Positions 24,901 to 36,709 of a DNA stretch of 64,000 nucleotides are shown here, one piece after another. Location of the stretch: contig NC_135759.1 of NCBI RefSeq assembly GCF_052425735.1, forward strand, positions 42,470,001 to 42,534,000, in the 5' to 3' direction. Both the position numbers and the translations under genes were made by a program. Each line of letters starts with the position of its first letter. Position 1 is the first letter of the stretch. The DNA comes from Oculina patagonica (Eukaryota). Under the pieces are notes generated by a model, which made no database searches, had not been told where the DNA came from, and saw nothing but the letters and a program-made list of their open reading frames with translations.

Positions 24901-27900
24901 TCATGCTCACTACAGCCACTATAAGTTAATTTTTGTAACGTTCGGAACGGTGCACAGATTTGAATGTTGATTGAATGGGTTGCTGACGTTTGGGTTTACC
25001 CGCCGTTACAAAAATTAACTTATAGTGGTTGTAGTGAGCATGAGATTGTGCTTACAAGAGGTCTCCTCTGTCTCCCCCGGATGGGGTGGATTTTGTACTC
25101 GCCCTAGGCTCGACCGTTAGCTAGGTGCTCGCATTTGAATTTCACGGCCGTAATGGCGCCCGATTTGTGCCGAAGTTGTGAATTCAAATGAAGTTCTTGG
25201 CTCCAAACTTCAACTTGAATGCAATTCAATTACATAGAAAGATGGAATAATTATCGCTCTTGGATCGTGAAGGGAAAAGATCGAGTTAGGTCTGGTTTTG
25301 AGGTACTTTTAGCGAGTTTTTCGAAGAGGCCTGCGTTCGCCTTTCGAATTTGCTTTCCTACCTTGTCTTTCTTTTAGTACGCAACAGACGGTTAAGATGA
25401 AAATCGCGCGTATGACTTTCTAAAGCACTAGAAATACAAAAACGTGACACCAGGTGAGGTTAAAAGTTTCATTATAACTTTTCACCGGTAAAAAGAGATA
25501 TTTTTCTCAACTTTATTTCAAATCCATACAAGCTTTTATAGTACATCCATACAAACTCTCATAGTACGCTTTGGTTACCTGTGGTTACACATAATAATAA
25601 AGAAAAAGAAAGCCCCTTAAGTTGTTATACATGTACACAAACATTACAAAACTGTTTGCTCAGATGAGTTCTTCCACTTGCAGTCCGTTTGATCCCTTGC
25701 TGTATGGCAACAGAGCTCAAAGTTTTCTCAAGTTAAAGAAATTCTGGTAAGGCTATTCTGTGTCGATAGAGTGACAAACAGATAGATGTGCGATTAATCG
25801 CTGCAATAATGTTTAAAAAGGTTGTCACTGACATTTGCATATGTTGCTATATAAGAAAACATTTTACATGCACCTGTTTATGGTAGATAATTTTTGTGAA
25901 TTCTGTTCACTGTTTCCCATTTTATAATAATTATACTACAACTACATGTAGTATTTATATAATATTTCTTTCTTTTTTTTACATCTCTTGCCTTCTGCCC
26001 TCAAGCAAAAAAAATGACATAGGCGCAGAAGTGGTGGATGGTTCTCCTATTTAGTGAGGATCAGAAGCTTGGAAGGGCAGAAGTGAAGTGAACTTCATTG
26101 TGTATATTTAGATTTCATGCACTGTGTCTTCACAATCTTTTTCTAATTTCTTCTACCCTAGCCTCTTACAGTACAGTATTATGTCCAAAATGTTATGCTT
26201 CTTTTGTGTGTACCATTATGTATTACATGCATAATTTCTCTCATTTGTTTATTTTCTTATAAAAGGCAAGCTTTGTCTGATGCAAAAAGAGCAGTGTATC
26301 TCAATCCTGAGTGGGAAAAGGTGAGTTGTTTAGGATGTACTTACAGTATACATAAAGAGACATACTACCCATGTGGCGTGAAAAGTTTTCAGAGTTTATT
26401 TTTGCATTTTTTTGTTAAAATACAATAATTGTGTAGATCCTGCAGAAAAGAAGTTGTGCAGAATACAAATTGTATTCCTCCCCAAAAAGTTTCGCTTCTT
26501 TGTGAATATAATTTTATTTTGTGCCTCCCGTGCATAGTTTTTCACACAGCACTGCAAATAATTTTTTCACTTGAAAGGACATATGTCTCCCACTAAGACA
26601 CCATCTTGATTGGACAAAACAAAATTGTGGTCGGACATCACCAAAAACAAAAGGCTGAATTTTAGTCATTGTTGCCGTAAAATGATTTACGATCAAAAAA
26701 TTGTTCAGATATCATGTTTGACCACACGGTGACATTTCGTCGGACATCAGCAAATTTTGGACGGCCAATGTCCGATGACCAACTGTTAGTTGCACCCCTG
26801 CTAGTGTAAGCAAAGTAAAATTAATGGCTTGTATAAGATGGTAAAATACATAAGAGGCTTGTGTAGTTTTGATATTTCACTTCTCACACACTGGCAGTCT
26901 GACTGAGTGCCATTGTGATTTATGAAAGGAATTGAAAATTTAGTATATATTGTACCTGTGTATTATTTTCCTTTTAGGGTCATTACAGATTTGCTCAGGC
27001 ATATTTTGAACTGGGATTTCCTGAAAAGGCAATGGCTGTAAATTCACTCGCTCAGAAATGTTGTCCATCCACACTTGACTTACTCCGTCAAGCTGTTGTA
27101 TTCAAGAGAGGTTAGTGTTTTAATTTATGTCTTGTTTAAGATGGTAAACTCAGAAGTGTCTTTGTGTGTATATTATTCCTATTAATTCCTCCTGAGGTTA
27201 GGCACTGTAGTGTTTGTCAGAGTGTTAGCTCTTTCTTTCTACTTCTGTTTATGTATATTTCCTTTTGTGCTTATTTTTTCTTGTATGTGTAATTGATTTG
27301 TTTTTCAGTAGAGCCTTCTGCTTGTTTTTTATGGATAAGTACATGTAACCTTAGGCACTGCATGTACATTAAACCCCTGCTGGCAACTTAGAAATCACTC
27401 TTTGTTGTTTTTAAACCTTTTTTTCTAATATAAACTTATCAGAAATAGAAGCATCAGCTGTAAGGAACACAACTCCATGTTGCAGCTCAAGTGCAGAGCA
27501 GACTTCTGACAGGAGCCATCGACACCATCAAGGTAGCAGTAAAACCTGGTTGGCATGCATCCAGTACCTGCATAATCAACACTTTTGATTGAGTTTCCCT
27601 AATGGTCGCGGGTCGCGGGTTTCAAGTCGCGTGTCGCGGGTTTTAAATAAGTCGTGGGTTTGAAAAAGTCAAAAGTCGCTATTTTTAAAAAGTTGCGAGT
27701 TTTCGATAGAAACCATTTATTTCTCAGTAAAATTCATTCAAACAAATTTAAACTCGTTTTCTTGGGAACTACGTTACAAAGTAGCCAATTACTTTGCGGG
27801 TTAAACAATCAAATTACGAACTTCAGAACAAACCTCCCAACTTTGGCCCGGCTAAACTTCCCAAGTTGAGGAGGAACAAGACATTGCTCGAAAGCCATGG

Positions 27901-30900
27901 TCATGTCGGAAATTCAGGTGAAGAAAACATGGCAGCAGCGGTAATGTTCCAGCGATTCCAGTGGCTAGAGTTACAAAATATTTGGTTGAAGTTGAAGAGC
28001 CTGACGTCGTTTCGCATGAGCGATCTGCCGATAAATAAATTTCTCACTTCGTCTGTTCATATAATCGGAATTATTACTTCAGGCCGCTTAGCGGCCCTAG
28101 TATAATTCTCATTTTATGTCGGCGGAAATTTGGTCAAATTTAACTTTTTATATACAGCAAATACATCTTTAAAATTTTTGTGAGGCTTTAACTTCAATGT
28201 CAAGTCTCCTGCGTTTGTAAACCGAATGAAATTGGACGGCTTTACCGATCTTCGCGTAAAATTAATGTTATACAAATGCGAAAGAGTCAGACAAATTTGA
28301 ATTAAAAGTCGCGACATGTTTACGGCTCAATTATATTTTTATGGTACGTGTTTTCTTCCGATGGTTTAGCGAAGCAAAACCATTTCTGTCAACATAACTA
28401 CAGAAGGGTTTTTAAAATCTGCGCCAGTTAAAAATATTTTAAAGAGTTTTTGCCACAGAATACTAGTAAAATATATTTATCAACCGTACGCGTTCAATCA
28501 TGAATACTTTGGTTCAACTTCATGATCGTTCGCGCGCAACGTTGTTTTCAAACTTAAAAGCTTGATTGCAAATCATGCAATGTTTGATACCCAATTTGAA
28601 CATGTTTTTTTTTCAGGACGTGATGCAACAGACGGTATAATTATGTAATCCTTATACTTACTGTGGGTCAGAACGTTGATACCGACGCCGTGCTTGTTCA
28701 AACAACTATTAATTTTTGAAACTCGAGCAGCTAGAATTGCTGAAATATTTCTGCCACCACTTTGTAACGTGTCTCGTTCCTCCTCAACTTGCAAACTTGG
28801 GAAGTTCAGAAGTTCAGTCGGCAAAGTTTGGGAAGTTTGTTCCGAAGTTCGCAATTTGATTGTCTAATCGCGACGTTACTTCGTAACTTAGTTCCTAAGA
28901 AAACGCGATCATTTTAAAACCTCCGTCTTTGCAACCGGTTTAAATTTGTTTGAATGAATTCTACTGAGAAATTAATGCATTCTATTGAAAACTCGTAACT
29001 TTTTAAAAACACGCGACTTTTTTCAAAACCCGCGACTTTTTCAAAACCCACGACTTATTTAAAACCCGCAACACGCGACTTGAAACCCGCGACCCGTGAC
29101 CATTAGGGAAACTCCTTTTGATTGTAAAAAATTGAAATGCGGTCTCTGTTTTAAAAATTTGATTAAAAAATGATGAAAGATTCAAAATAAAATTGAATAT
29201 TGTCTTGGTAATTGTTTCGCATTATTGTCAGCATAATTCATAATTGCTGTGTGCCAGGATTCCAAAGTTTTTCTAACGCCAACATTTCCCTTGTCAATCA
29301 CGCGCGAACTGCAAGTCGATGGAATGGTCATTCAACCAGGCATGTGAAGTGATGTTAGAACCTTTTTTAAAGGCTTTACAATAATGCGAAACAATTACCA
29401 AGGCAATATTCAATTTTATTTTGAACCTCTCATTAGCATTTTTACTTGCACACAAACATTTTTATTGTTTTTATTATAATTTCGCTTTTTTACACTTTTT
29501 ATAGTATATATTTCAATGTTTGCGCTTTTTATTTATTACACGTTAGAGACTACAGTCTGGTAGTCAAAACCTCGTTTTTTAATCAAATTTTTAAACCAGA
29601 GATCACATTTCATTTTTTTACAATGTCTTACCCTGGTTACTTGTCTAATTTTTGAACTTTTGATTGTACCCAGAAAAAGAGTTTTTTACTTATAATGTAG
29701 ATAGGCAATAATTAATACTTCATACCTTATTGTCACTTCTTTTGCAAAACATAAAACAATTCATGATTTTTGTGATATTTGCAAAAAATCGCAAAAATAA
29801 AGTCCCACAATAAAAATTGTCTGCAAAAATTAATGATGCAGAAGTTAATACCCTACTGTAATTTAAACCCTTTAATTAAGATGCAAACCTTCTCATTATT
29901 AAGCTTTTATAATGATCTTGTATACATTATCATAATGATTGTAGTTTTCTTAGGCCACATAATCACCGTACTGATTAATTATTTTTTACTAAACTAAGTT
30001 GTTACACCTTTGACTTTTTTACAGCTTGTGGTAATCCTTGCTCACCTATAACCAAAGTGGGCAGTAAACGAAATTGGAAAATTGCAAATGAGGAGTCTGA
30101 AACACATGGCACAGCATCACCATCAGCAGCAGACAAGGACACGCCCAGACACCCGTTAAATTTAAGGGATCATGAAAATGCTGGTGGGTTTAGTAATTTA
30201 TGGCAAGTTTGTTGTTGTTTTACAGTATTGTGTATTTAGGGATGTGTCATCTGTCCCTCAAGGTTTCCTTCAATTCTCTCAGGTCTCAGGCACTCATTGG
30301 CACTCATTGGTTGAGAACTATGATCAATTAGGGCCTCTTAACATGAGAGCCAAGATGAGTTTCATTCCAGCATGAATTCAAATGTTTTTTTATTTACATG
30401 AGTGTGTTCATCCCAGGGTGCCAGGACGTAAGTCGTCGCAGCCGAGTTGAATTCATCTAACCTGTGCTCACATTACATTACATTTCATCCCAGAAAGACT
30501 ATTTACATGGTGGTTTTTGTCACATTTTATCCTGAAATGACATATCACCTGGTGTCAACTAGAAAGTTTTAGGCAAAATTTCTCACACAGTCAAAGGCTT
30601 TTAGTTGGAAAACTGGATTTATTAAAACCACTTACTTAACGGCTTGCGGTTCACTTGAATTTGAACATTTTATGACGCCATTTCTATCAGGGTGTAGACA
30701 ATGAAGTAAAGGCTTAATGTACACAACAATTACTGTTAGAATAATGTTAGTGTTTTGACTTAGTATCACAAGTCTTAAAAATCTCTTCACTGTCCTTGCA
30801 GATAAAGAAGATAATTATTGCGATACGTGTAGCATCAAAGATGACGGCTCTGACTGTGAACTGTCAGATCACGACTCCCTTCCACCGCTGATATATAGTG

Positions 30901-31641
30901 ACGATTCCAGTGATAATGATAATGACGAGGACATGCTATGTTCTGGAGACTCCATCATGTCTAGCCTCCCTTCCCTGGCCTCATTAAGTGATTCAGATAC
31001 GGAATCAGATATTAACTTAGATAGCGATGATCAGCCGCCTACAGGATGGGATGGTGATAATTTTGGCTGTTCTGGTACGTGTTGGCTAATACTTTAAAAC
31101 TAATTTTAATCCTGATGCTAGACATTTTACACATTGCTTTTAATTCAAATTGGAATGCAACCCTGTTTATCAGGCAACCCAAACCTGGTTGTGTGAATGG
31201 ATGGTGGAATTTAAGTAAAGCTTTTTAAGTCTAGTGATTCATGAGCTGTGGCCCTGATTCTGAAGCATGACTTGGTGTATTTACACTCTTTCCAGCATTC
31301 TGTTAGGTTCCCCAGCATTCTTGTCCCCAGAGCCATTTGTCCCTCTTAGCCAGCAGCCTGGGTCACAAGGAACAAGTGGCTCTGGGGACACATGATTTAA
31401 TAGGCTAGAACTTTAACAAAGGAAATTTGAATTTGGCAAATCAAATCAACCGTTTTAAAATACCTTTGTTGTAGGGGATTTTAGAACGGTTGTTTTGATT
31501 AATTAGATTTAGATTAAAACGATGTAATGTATATGAAATGATTCAGATATGAACTGCGGATGGATATGAATGTGATAAATGATCATCGCAGTCAATTTCC
31601 AAGTTAAGCAATTGGAATAAAGAAGCCTGAAAAAAAATTCA

Positions 31642-31675
<34 letters not shown>

Positions 31676-34600
31676 GATACCGGTGTGATGCTCTACCAAC
31701 TGAGCTATTGAAGCCACACATTGGGAGTGAGGTCAATTGTGAGTTCATATTTTACCCGTGAGAGGAGTGAAACGATGTAATGTATATGAAATGATTCATA
31801 TATGAACTGCGGATGGATATGAATGTGATAAATGACCATCGCAGTGAATTTCCAATTTAAGCAATTGGAATAAAGAAGCCTGAAAAAATTCAGGGCTTCA
31901 ATGGGATTCGAAATCTAAAAAAATCTAGCCAATCAAATCATGTGTCCCCAGAGCCACTTGTGCCCCAGGCTTTGCCGGTTAAAAGGGACAAGTGGCCCTG
32001 GGGATGAGGATGGCTTCCTGGTAATTTACCGGCACCCATTAATACTCTTAGGTAGAGATTCAAGAGAGGTACTGTAAGAGTTGTGTATTGCCCAGCAACA
32101 GGACCCAGTGACACCAACAGGGCACAAACCTGAGCTGCTCGATCTAGAATCCAGCACACTGACTGTGCAACCTCATGGTTGCATTAAAAGGGTTAAAAGC
32201 AAGTTGGTGACTTGGGTTTTGTTCTGGCCTGATGAAAGTGGTTGCGATAATTCCACTCTACTAGAAAAAATTAACCTTCTTTCAAACTTCCTCTCTGTTT
32301 TAACCCTTTGACCGCCAAATTTTTCTCAAAAACGCGTTTTTTTAGCCACTAAACTGAAATTTTGGTGCTATGGTCTGGAATTTACCTCAACTTTGCTAAA
32401 GAAGCACTTTTTTACACTTCAGCAACATTTTCATAAAGATTCTGTGTAAAAATGTACAATATTTTACTTTGGTGCATGCGCATAAGCCAAAATTTCACTG
32501 ACGTGCTAATTAATGACGTCACAAGTGAATCAATGACTGCACCTCCAAATAGCGCCTGAATGCGCGTTTAGGAGTGAAAGGGTTAAGGAAGAAAAGAGTC
32601 ATTTCACTCCAGGTGCCAGACAATCTCTCATTTTATGGAAATCTGGAGCCACCTCTGGCAAACACAAATACTGTATATCACATTGCAAATTGTTTGCCTT
32701 TGATGCTATTTTGCCAAAAATTTTCATATGTTCCTGTTTTAAGAGAAATGCATAAAAGTTTTCCAAAACTTCAGTTGACTTTTTTCTCCAATATTTTTAT
32801 GGTTAAAATGCCTGTTAAGTTGTGAATTAAAGATGATCAATTTTTTTCCTGAACAGATCCTGACTGTACAGTTTGTAATGATCATGACTACAATGACGAC
32901 GATGATGACGAGTTAGATTTAGATTTGGAAAGGTACTTAAAGAATTAATGTCCTCGATTTTACAGCTTGTCCACTACCCCTTTATATACCTTGGCAAAGA
33001 GAGACAATGTTGAAATAGTTAAGTCAGGTAGAAGGCTTAGCTAGAATTTCCATAGACAACTTTCTATCGCATTATTTAACTTGGACGAACCTGCTCGAGC
33101 TTGTCTTAGTGTCTGCAGTATTAAGTGTCGATGAGTGTTCCCCCTGCTTGTCATGCTAGCCCATTTTAGGTTATCGCCCAGTAGTTTGTGAGGTTTCTCT
33201 TACAGATCGCAGGTACCCATTTATACTCCTGGTCACTTTACCAAGAACACAACACAATGGCTGCAGTGTGCAAACCTGGGTTGCTTCATCTGAAGTCCAA
33301 TCTGCTAACCGACAGGCTTTTCTCACTACGTTACTTCTAGTAACGACTTTTATTTTGAATCCATAAAGTTGATTCAGTCATTGTTTGTTTGGGCAGTGAT
33401 GATGATGATGACGATCATGATGATGATGATAACGATGATGATGACAGTGATGAAGATGATGATGGTGATGATGATGAAGATTTGCTGAGAACTTTAATGT
33501 TACCTCCATTTTTAAATGGCGAGGTGAGATTTAATACCCAACAGTGCCCATTGCCCTTTCACTGGCCGAAACTAAACTTGCTTCCCCGACCTCTCAATCA
33601 GGACTCTGCCACTTCTGGTAGATACATGTACAGTCAAGTTTGTATTAAGGCTTTTTTCTTGTCTATGATTGTAGGCCAGTTCCTTCACGGGTTTTGTGCT
33701 AGGCGTTCTTCATGGGGTAAGTAACAAGTTTTAGCATATCTCGTGTGCTAGTCGCCACTTTCCGTTAGCTAATACGTGTACCACTGTGTTTTGTATATGG
33801 GTTGATCGAACATAATCAAATCGTGAAGAAGGTAAAAGGGAATTGTTTTGGAAAAAAACAATTACTCTGGCCAATCACAAACGACACAGACAATCCAGTG
33901 AATCAATCAAAACTCGAAACAAATACATGTAGCTGCCACGAAGCGCGGGAAAACGGGCGCGAGCGAGTCACGATTGGTTTTGGTTTTAGTTCTGATTGGC
34001 TGAGAAAGTGACGCCAATCACTAAGCATGGTATGCAAAACCAAAGCAAACGCAATTTACTTTCGACACTCAAGTAAAAACCGCTCTATCCTTCGCAATCT
34101 TACTTACACCAGTTGTTCATTGGATGGCATTGATGGGTTTTAGAAATGATTGTGATGGGGCCTGACCATGATTTTAAGTAGTACGAAACTACTTTGAGCT
34201 GTCTAGATAAAAATCCCGTACATCCTCATCAACAATCTCTTCATGTCTTTTCCCTTTTAGTTTTTCACGGCTCATCCCGAGATGATGAATGAGGGCACCC
34301 CTCCAGCACTACCTGAAGTGATCGAGTCTCTCCCTACAGTAAAAGTTACTAAAGATCAACTGGGTAAGTCTTGCTTTTGTCTTTTGAGGTAATCCCTTTG
34401 GTTTTTCAAGTCAAAAATCGTTTTTTATCAGGATCGTGCTTGGCGGGATAATATGGTGTTGGACTTTTAACGAAACTCTTTTCCCCAAAACGCTACTAGG
34501 GAAGGTACACAATCTGTAAAGATTGTATTTGACAATACCTACGGCATCGGCGACTTCGGAGCGTACTTATTTTACCCTCCGGCGTCTAAAGAACAACTTC

Positions 34601-35824
34601 CTCCGGGGGTATGCGCTTGGCTTGGAGATGTTGCCCTTATCCCTTTCCCCCCCCCCCACCTCTGTTCAAAAATTGTTCCGTTGGATCCACATTTTAGAGG
34701 TGTGGTTTTTCGAAAATCATGCTTTGATCTCTGTGTATGCTTGAATTTTTTTTTGCAGTTCTTTAGTTGGTGGCCATCGCGACCAAATTTTCGACGTCAT
34801 TTGTCGTTTTATGTTGCTTCCTTTTCAAATTCATACTCTCCTCCTTGCAAGCCCTATGCTGTGGATTGCAAAACCATGTTTTTTATGGCGTTTACACTGG
34901 TATTTTTTCGGTTGAATTATTCTTAGCTTCCAGTTTATCCTGTGCCATCTGCCAGTGTGATTATGAACTGGACGAGGCAGTTCTGGAGTTGCCCTGCTCA
35001 CATCTCTTCCACCCTCCGTGCGTCACCACATGGTTGAAAATGGTAACTACAGTGTCATTTTTTGTTACAGTCAAACACCTCCTTACGGACACCACTACAA
35101 TACGGACACCTCCCAAGTACGGGCAGTCGATTCGGCCCCAAAGAGACCAAATTCTAGCTTCGTAATACGGACACTTTCATAAAACGGCCAGTCTTCCCTG
35201 TGTTCCTTTGGTGTCCGTATTAAAGAGGTTCGACTGTATAACTGTCCATTGTAATTTGTTACATTGGCCTTGTCTGCAGACTGTTATTAAATTTAAATTA
35301 AATCTACCCTAAAATTCTGGGCAAGTCTCTGCGAGCCATAATAAGCGATTTATTGTTCTCTGTACGGCAGGTGTAATCCTAACTTATTACAGGCGACAGT
35401 CCGAATTTTTTTTTAGTAAAGACGATGGTTTCAGTACTCATTCTATTTCCCAGACTTTTGTGGTGTTTGGTTTGGTTTGGGTTTAGGATTCACGTCTTGC
35501 TTTCGTTTTATATTGCGAACGGGTCAGGTTTTTGGTGCCAAAAATCGTTCGTGTAGCCCAGGAATTTCACGCAACTCGACTACCTAGAAAACTTGCTATC
35601 GGGCTATATTTTGAGAGAAGGTAAGCGCGAAAAAGCAATGGCTGGATGCTGTAAAATGGGTGATCATTGGTTAGCTTCTGTTATGAGATCGCAACAAATT
35701 GAAGTTCGATATCAGGGGAGAGCTGCATTTATCAAAAAAAAAAAAAAAAATAAAATAAAACTGTGTTTCCTTTTCTTCGTAGCACGCCACATGTCCAACT
35801 TGCAGAGATGTTCTTCCTCACTGA
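12918..35824 (+). CDS. TTC3: TTC3-like E3 ubiquitin ligase: TTC3 N-terminal region, TPRs, Asp-rich tract, C-terminal RING-H2; 21 exons, ~663 aa
   Basis: Phase-consistent GT-AG exons: 12918-12959, 14486-14564, 20393-20514, 20650-20702, 20942-21032, 22338-22391, 22671-22732, 23037-23113, 23569-23648, 24164-24258, 25684-25746, 26266-26320, 26978-27110, 27443-27532, 30025-30183, 30802-31074, 32857-32932, 33397-33523, 34261-34363, 34927-35042, 35783-35824. Peptides MKICILAPVLF, ELAEEIVD, VEEAL, LRLKGNDHF..FYSRAI, LLYGNRA, ALSDAKRA..WEKGHYRFAQA match TTC3 as recalled. RING: CAICQ..LPCSHLFHPPCVTTWL..TCPTCR. Confidence 0.8.
14088..14295. mobile_element. hAT-like MITE (CAGGG termini); related copy at ~26547-26800
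   Basis: cagggctgcaaataa ... ttatttgcagccc. Both copies share ctaagacaccatcttg and tcggacat..gcaaattttgg. Confidence 0.55.
14779..15595. mobile_element. TA-flanked Tc1/mariner-pogo-type non-autonomous element containing a related nested element (14937-15352)
   Basis: TA|ccgtatttattcgattaagcgcc ... ggcgcttaatcaaataaatacgg|TA. Inner TA|ccgtaatgattc ... gaatcattatgg|TA. Many aataagcgccc motifs. Confidence 0.75.
17119..17579. mobile_element. TA-flanked Tc1/mariner-type MITE
   Basis: TA|cagtaaacacctgcgtgtaagaaccta ... taggttcttacacgcaggtgtttactg|TA (27-bp perfect TIR). Confidence 0.85.
18140..19300 (-). mobile_element. Degenerate CR1/L2-type LINE fragment (APE endonuclease region)
   Basis: VIYLHPNG..DKFCITL / GDFNLDLL..QPTRITDHS..KSKPW, interrupted by a MITE. 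Confidence 0.75.
18613..18921. mobile_element. 309-bp MITE with 18-bp TIR and 6-bp TSD (CAAGGT)
   Basis: caaggt|gagcctctctatgggtac ... gtacccatagagaggctc|caaggt. Removing it restores the LINE reading CITL-GDFN. Confidence 0.85.
21672..21922 (-). mobile_element. tRNA-derived SINE copy
   Basis: Shares tggttagtgcgctggactc and gtgcctctctccacccaggtgta with copies at 43530 and 61730. Confidence 0.7.
24361..25583. mobile_element. Foldback non-autonomous transposon: 580-bp arms, 63-bp spacer, CA..TG ends, 7-bp TSD GTTACAC (P/Galileo-like)
   Basis: Arms 24361-24940 and 25004-25583 are reverse complements with about 8 mismatches by eye. GTTACAC at 24354-24360 and 25584-25590. Confidence 0.9.
27591..29114. 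mobile_element. Non-autonomous Mutator-like element (MULE) with long TIRs and 9-bp TSD CTTTTGATT
   Basis: cttttgatt|gagtttccctaatggtc ... gaccattagggaaactc|cttttgatt. Imperfect TIR similarity extends over roughly 300 bp. Confidence 0.85.
29121..29623. mobile_element. Older inverted-repeat element adjoining the MULE
   Basis: attgtaaaaaattgaaatgcggtctctgttttaaaaatttgattaaaaaa vs ttttttaatcaaatttttaaaccagagatcacatttcattttttttacaat. Inner inverted repeat at ~29178-29228 / 29378-29428. Confidence 0.6.
31517..31912. repeat. ~253-bp tandem repeat (about 1.6 units) containing a tRNA-like module
   Basis: aaacgatgtaatgtatatgaaatgattca starts at 31517 and again at 31770. Confidence 0.85.
31642..31715 (-). 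pseudogene. tRNA-like sequence (Thr-GGT-like), probably a repeat-borne pseudo-tRNA
   Basis: GGCTTCA/TGAAGCC acceptor stem, GCTC/GAGC D stem, ACGGG-TTCGAAT-CCCGT T arm. The anticodon stem is mispaired and the loop CCGGTAT lacks U33. Confidence 0.7.
32304..32582. mobile_element. piggyBac-type MITE
   Basis: TTAA|ccctttga ... tgaaaggg|TTAA. Confidence 0.6.
34521..34620 (+). mobile_element. hAT transposase dimerisation-domain remnant
   Basis: YLTIPTASATSERTYFTLRRLK; paralogous to 2021-2100. Confidence 0.7.
35068..35236. mobile_element. TA-flanked Tc1/mariner-type MITE
   Basis: TA|cagtcaaacacctccttacggacac ... gtgtccgtattaaagaggttcgactg|TA. Confidence 0.6.
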
Positions 35825-36709
35825 AGACCAGCAGCATCGTTCTGTCCATGTTTCTACAAGTCGGAACTGGCCAGCCCTGCAAAGCATTTAGGGGTAGTAC
35901 AGATTGATTTGTGTTGACAAGCAAATATTTTACGTCTCGAGTTTGTCGCTCACGGCAGCTAAGTGTTCCAGATATCTGAGGCGTCGGCTTGTTCGCAGCT
36001 TTGAAAATAAATCGTGGAGACAACTTCATTGTCGTCAACACATGAATGAAATCGGTGCCTCGCGTTAATAAGCTGCGGATGGTAAAATTTTGGAGCGCTA
36101 TTTGGACAACTTTGGCTCCTTTGTATTATAACAAATAAGATAAAAATTATAAAGTTTATGTTAGATAAATCCGTTCTGTTATAAATTGTGCTAAATGCAT
36201 AAAAAAAGATATATTAGATAATAAAACGTTGAATTTTGCAACACACTGAGTCATTTTTCTTCTTATGTGGCCCTTGATTTCTCGTAAATGACGCACATGA
36301 AAAGAGTGTTTGGAATCTTACCAATACAGCTGTATGACTCGTTTTTCTTAAGCTTTTTTCGCCATCTCAGAATTGAGTTGTTCGGCTGAGGATATGTTTT
36401 GTTCAGAAAATGGTGATACCTACCAACTCAACTGACCCAACCAGCAAAGGCGAGATTATAAATGCACCAGTACTATAATTTAGAAGTCAACATGTTTATT
36501 TATTAAACTGCATGAATATATTTTAAAGCAACATAGTCGTATGTAGATTCCGCTAGAAAACTAATCTTTGAAACAAACTCATACTGAACATTATCAGTCC
36601 TCGTTAATGACTTAGCAGTAACCCAAGTTGAACTTTCCTAAAATCTGTTGAGTTAAATGTAAAAGCGACAACTCTTGATTTAACCATTGTTTTTTTGTTT
36701 CTAATTCCA

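Larger units (their letters stand above)
31315..32012. mobile_element. MITE with double subterminal inverted repeats, inserted in a SINE and hosting the tRNA-derived repeat
   Basis: tccccagagccatttgtccct / agggacaagtggccctgggga and acaagtggctctggggacacatgattt / aaatcatgtgtccccagagccacttgt. Confidence 0.65.

Noticed and set aside
24361-25583. Transib/RAG-like assignment from the CAC terminus
   Set aside because: With CAC..GTG ends the duplication is 7 bp rather than 5 bp, and no RSS-like nonamer is evident; P/Galileo fits better.
31642-31715. Functional tRNA-Thr gene
   Set aside because: Mispaired anticodon stem, no U33, an extra base after the acceptor stem, and embedded in a repeat unit.
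33389-33724. Stand-alone Asp-rich (acid-rich biomineralisation-type) protein
   Set aside because: It is exon 18 of the TTC3-like gene, with matching splice phases and no signal peptide.
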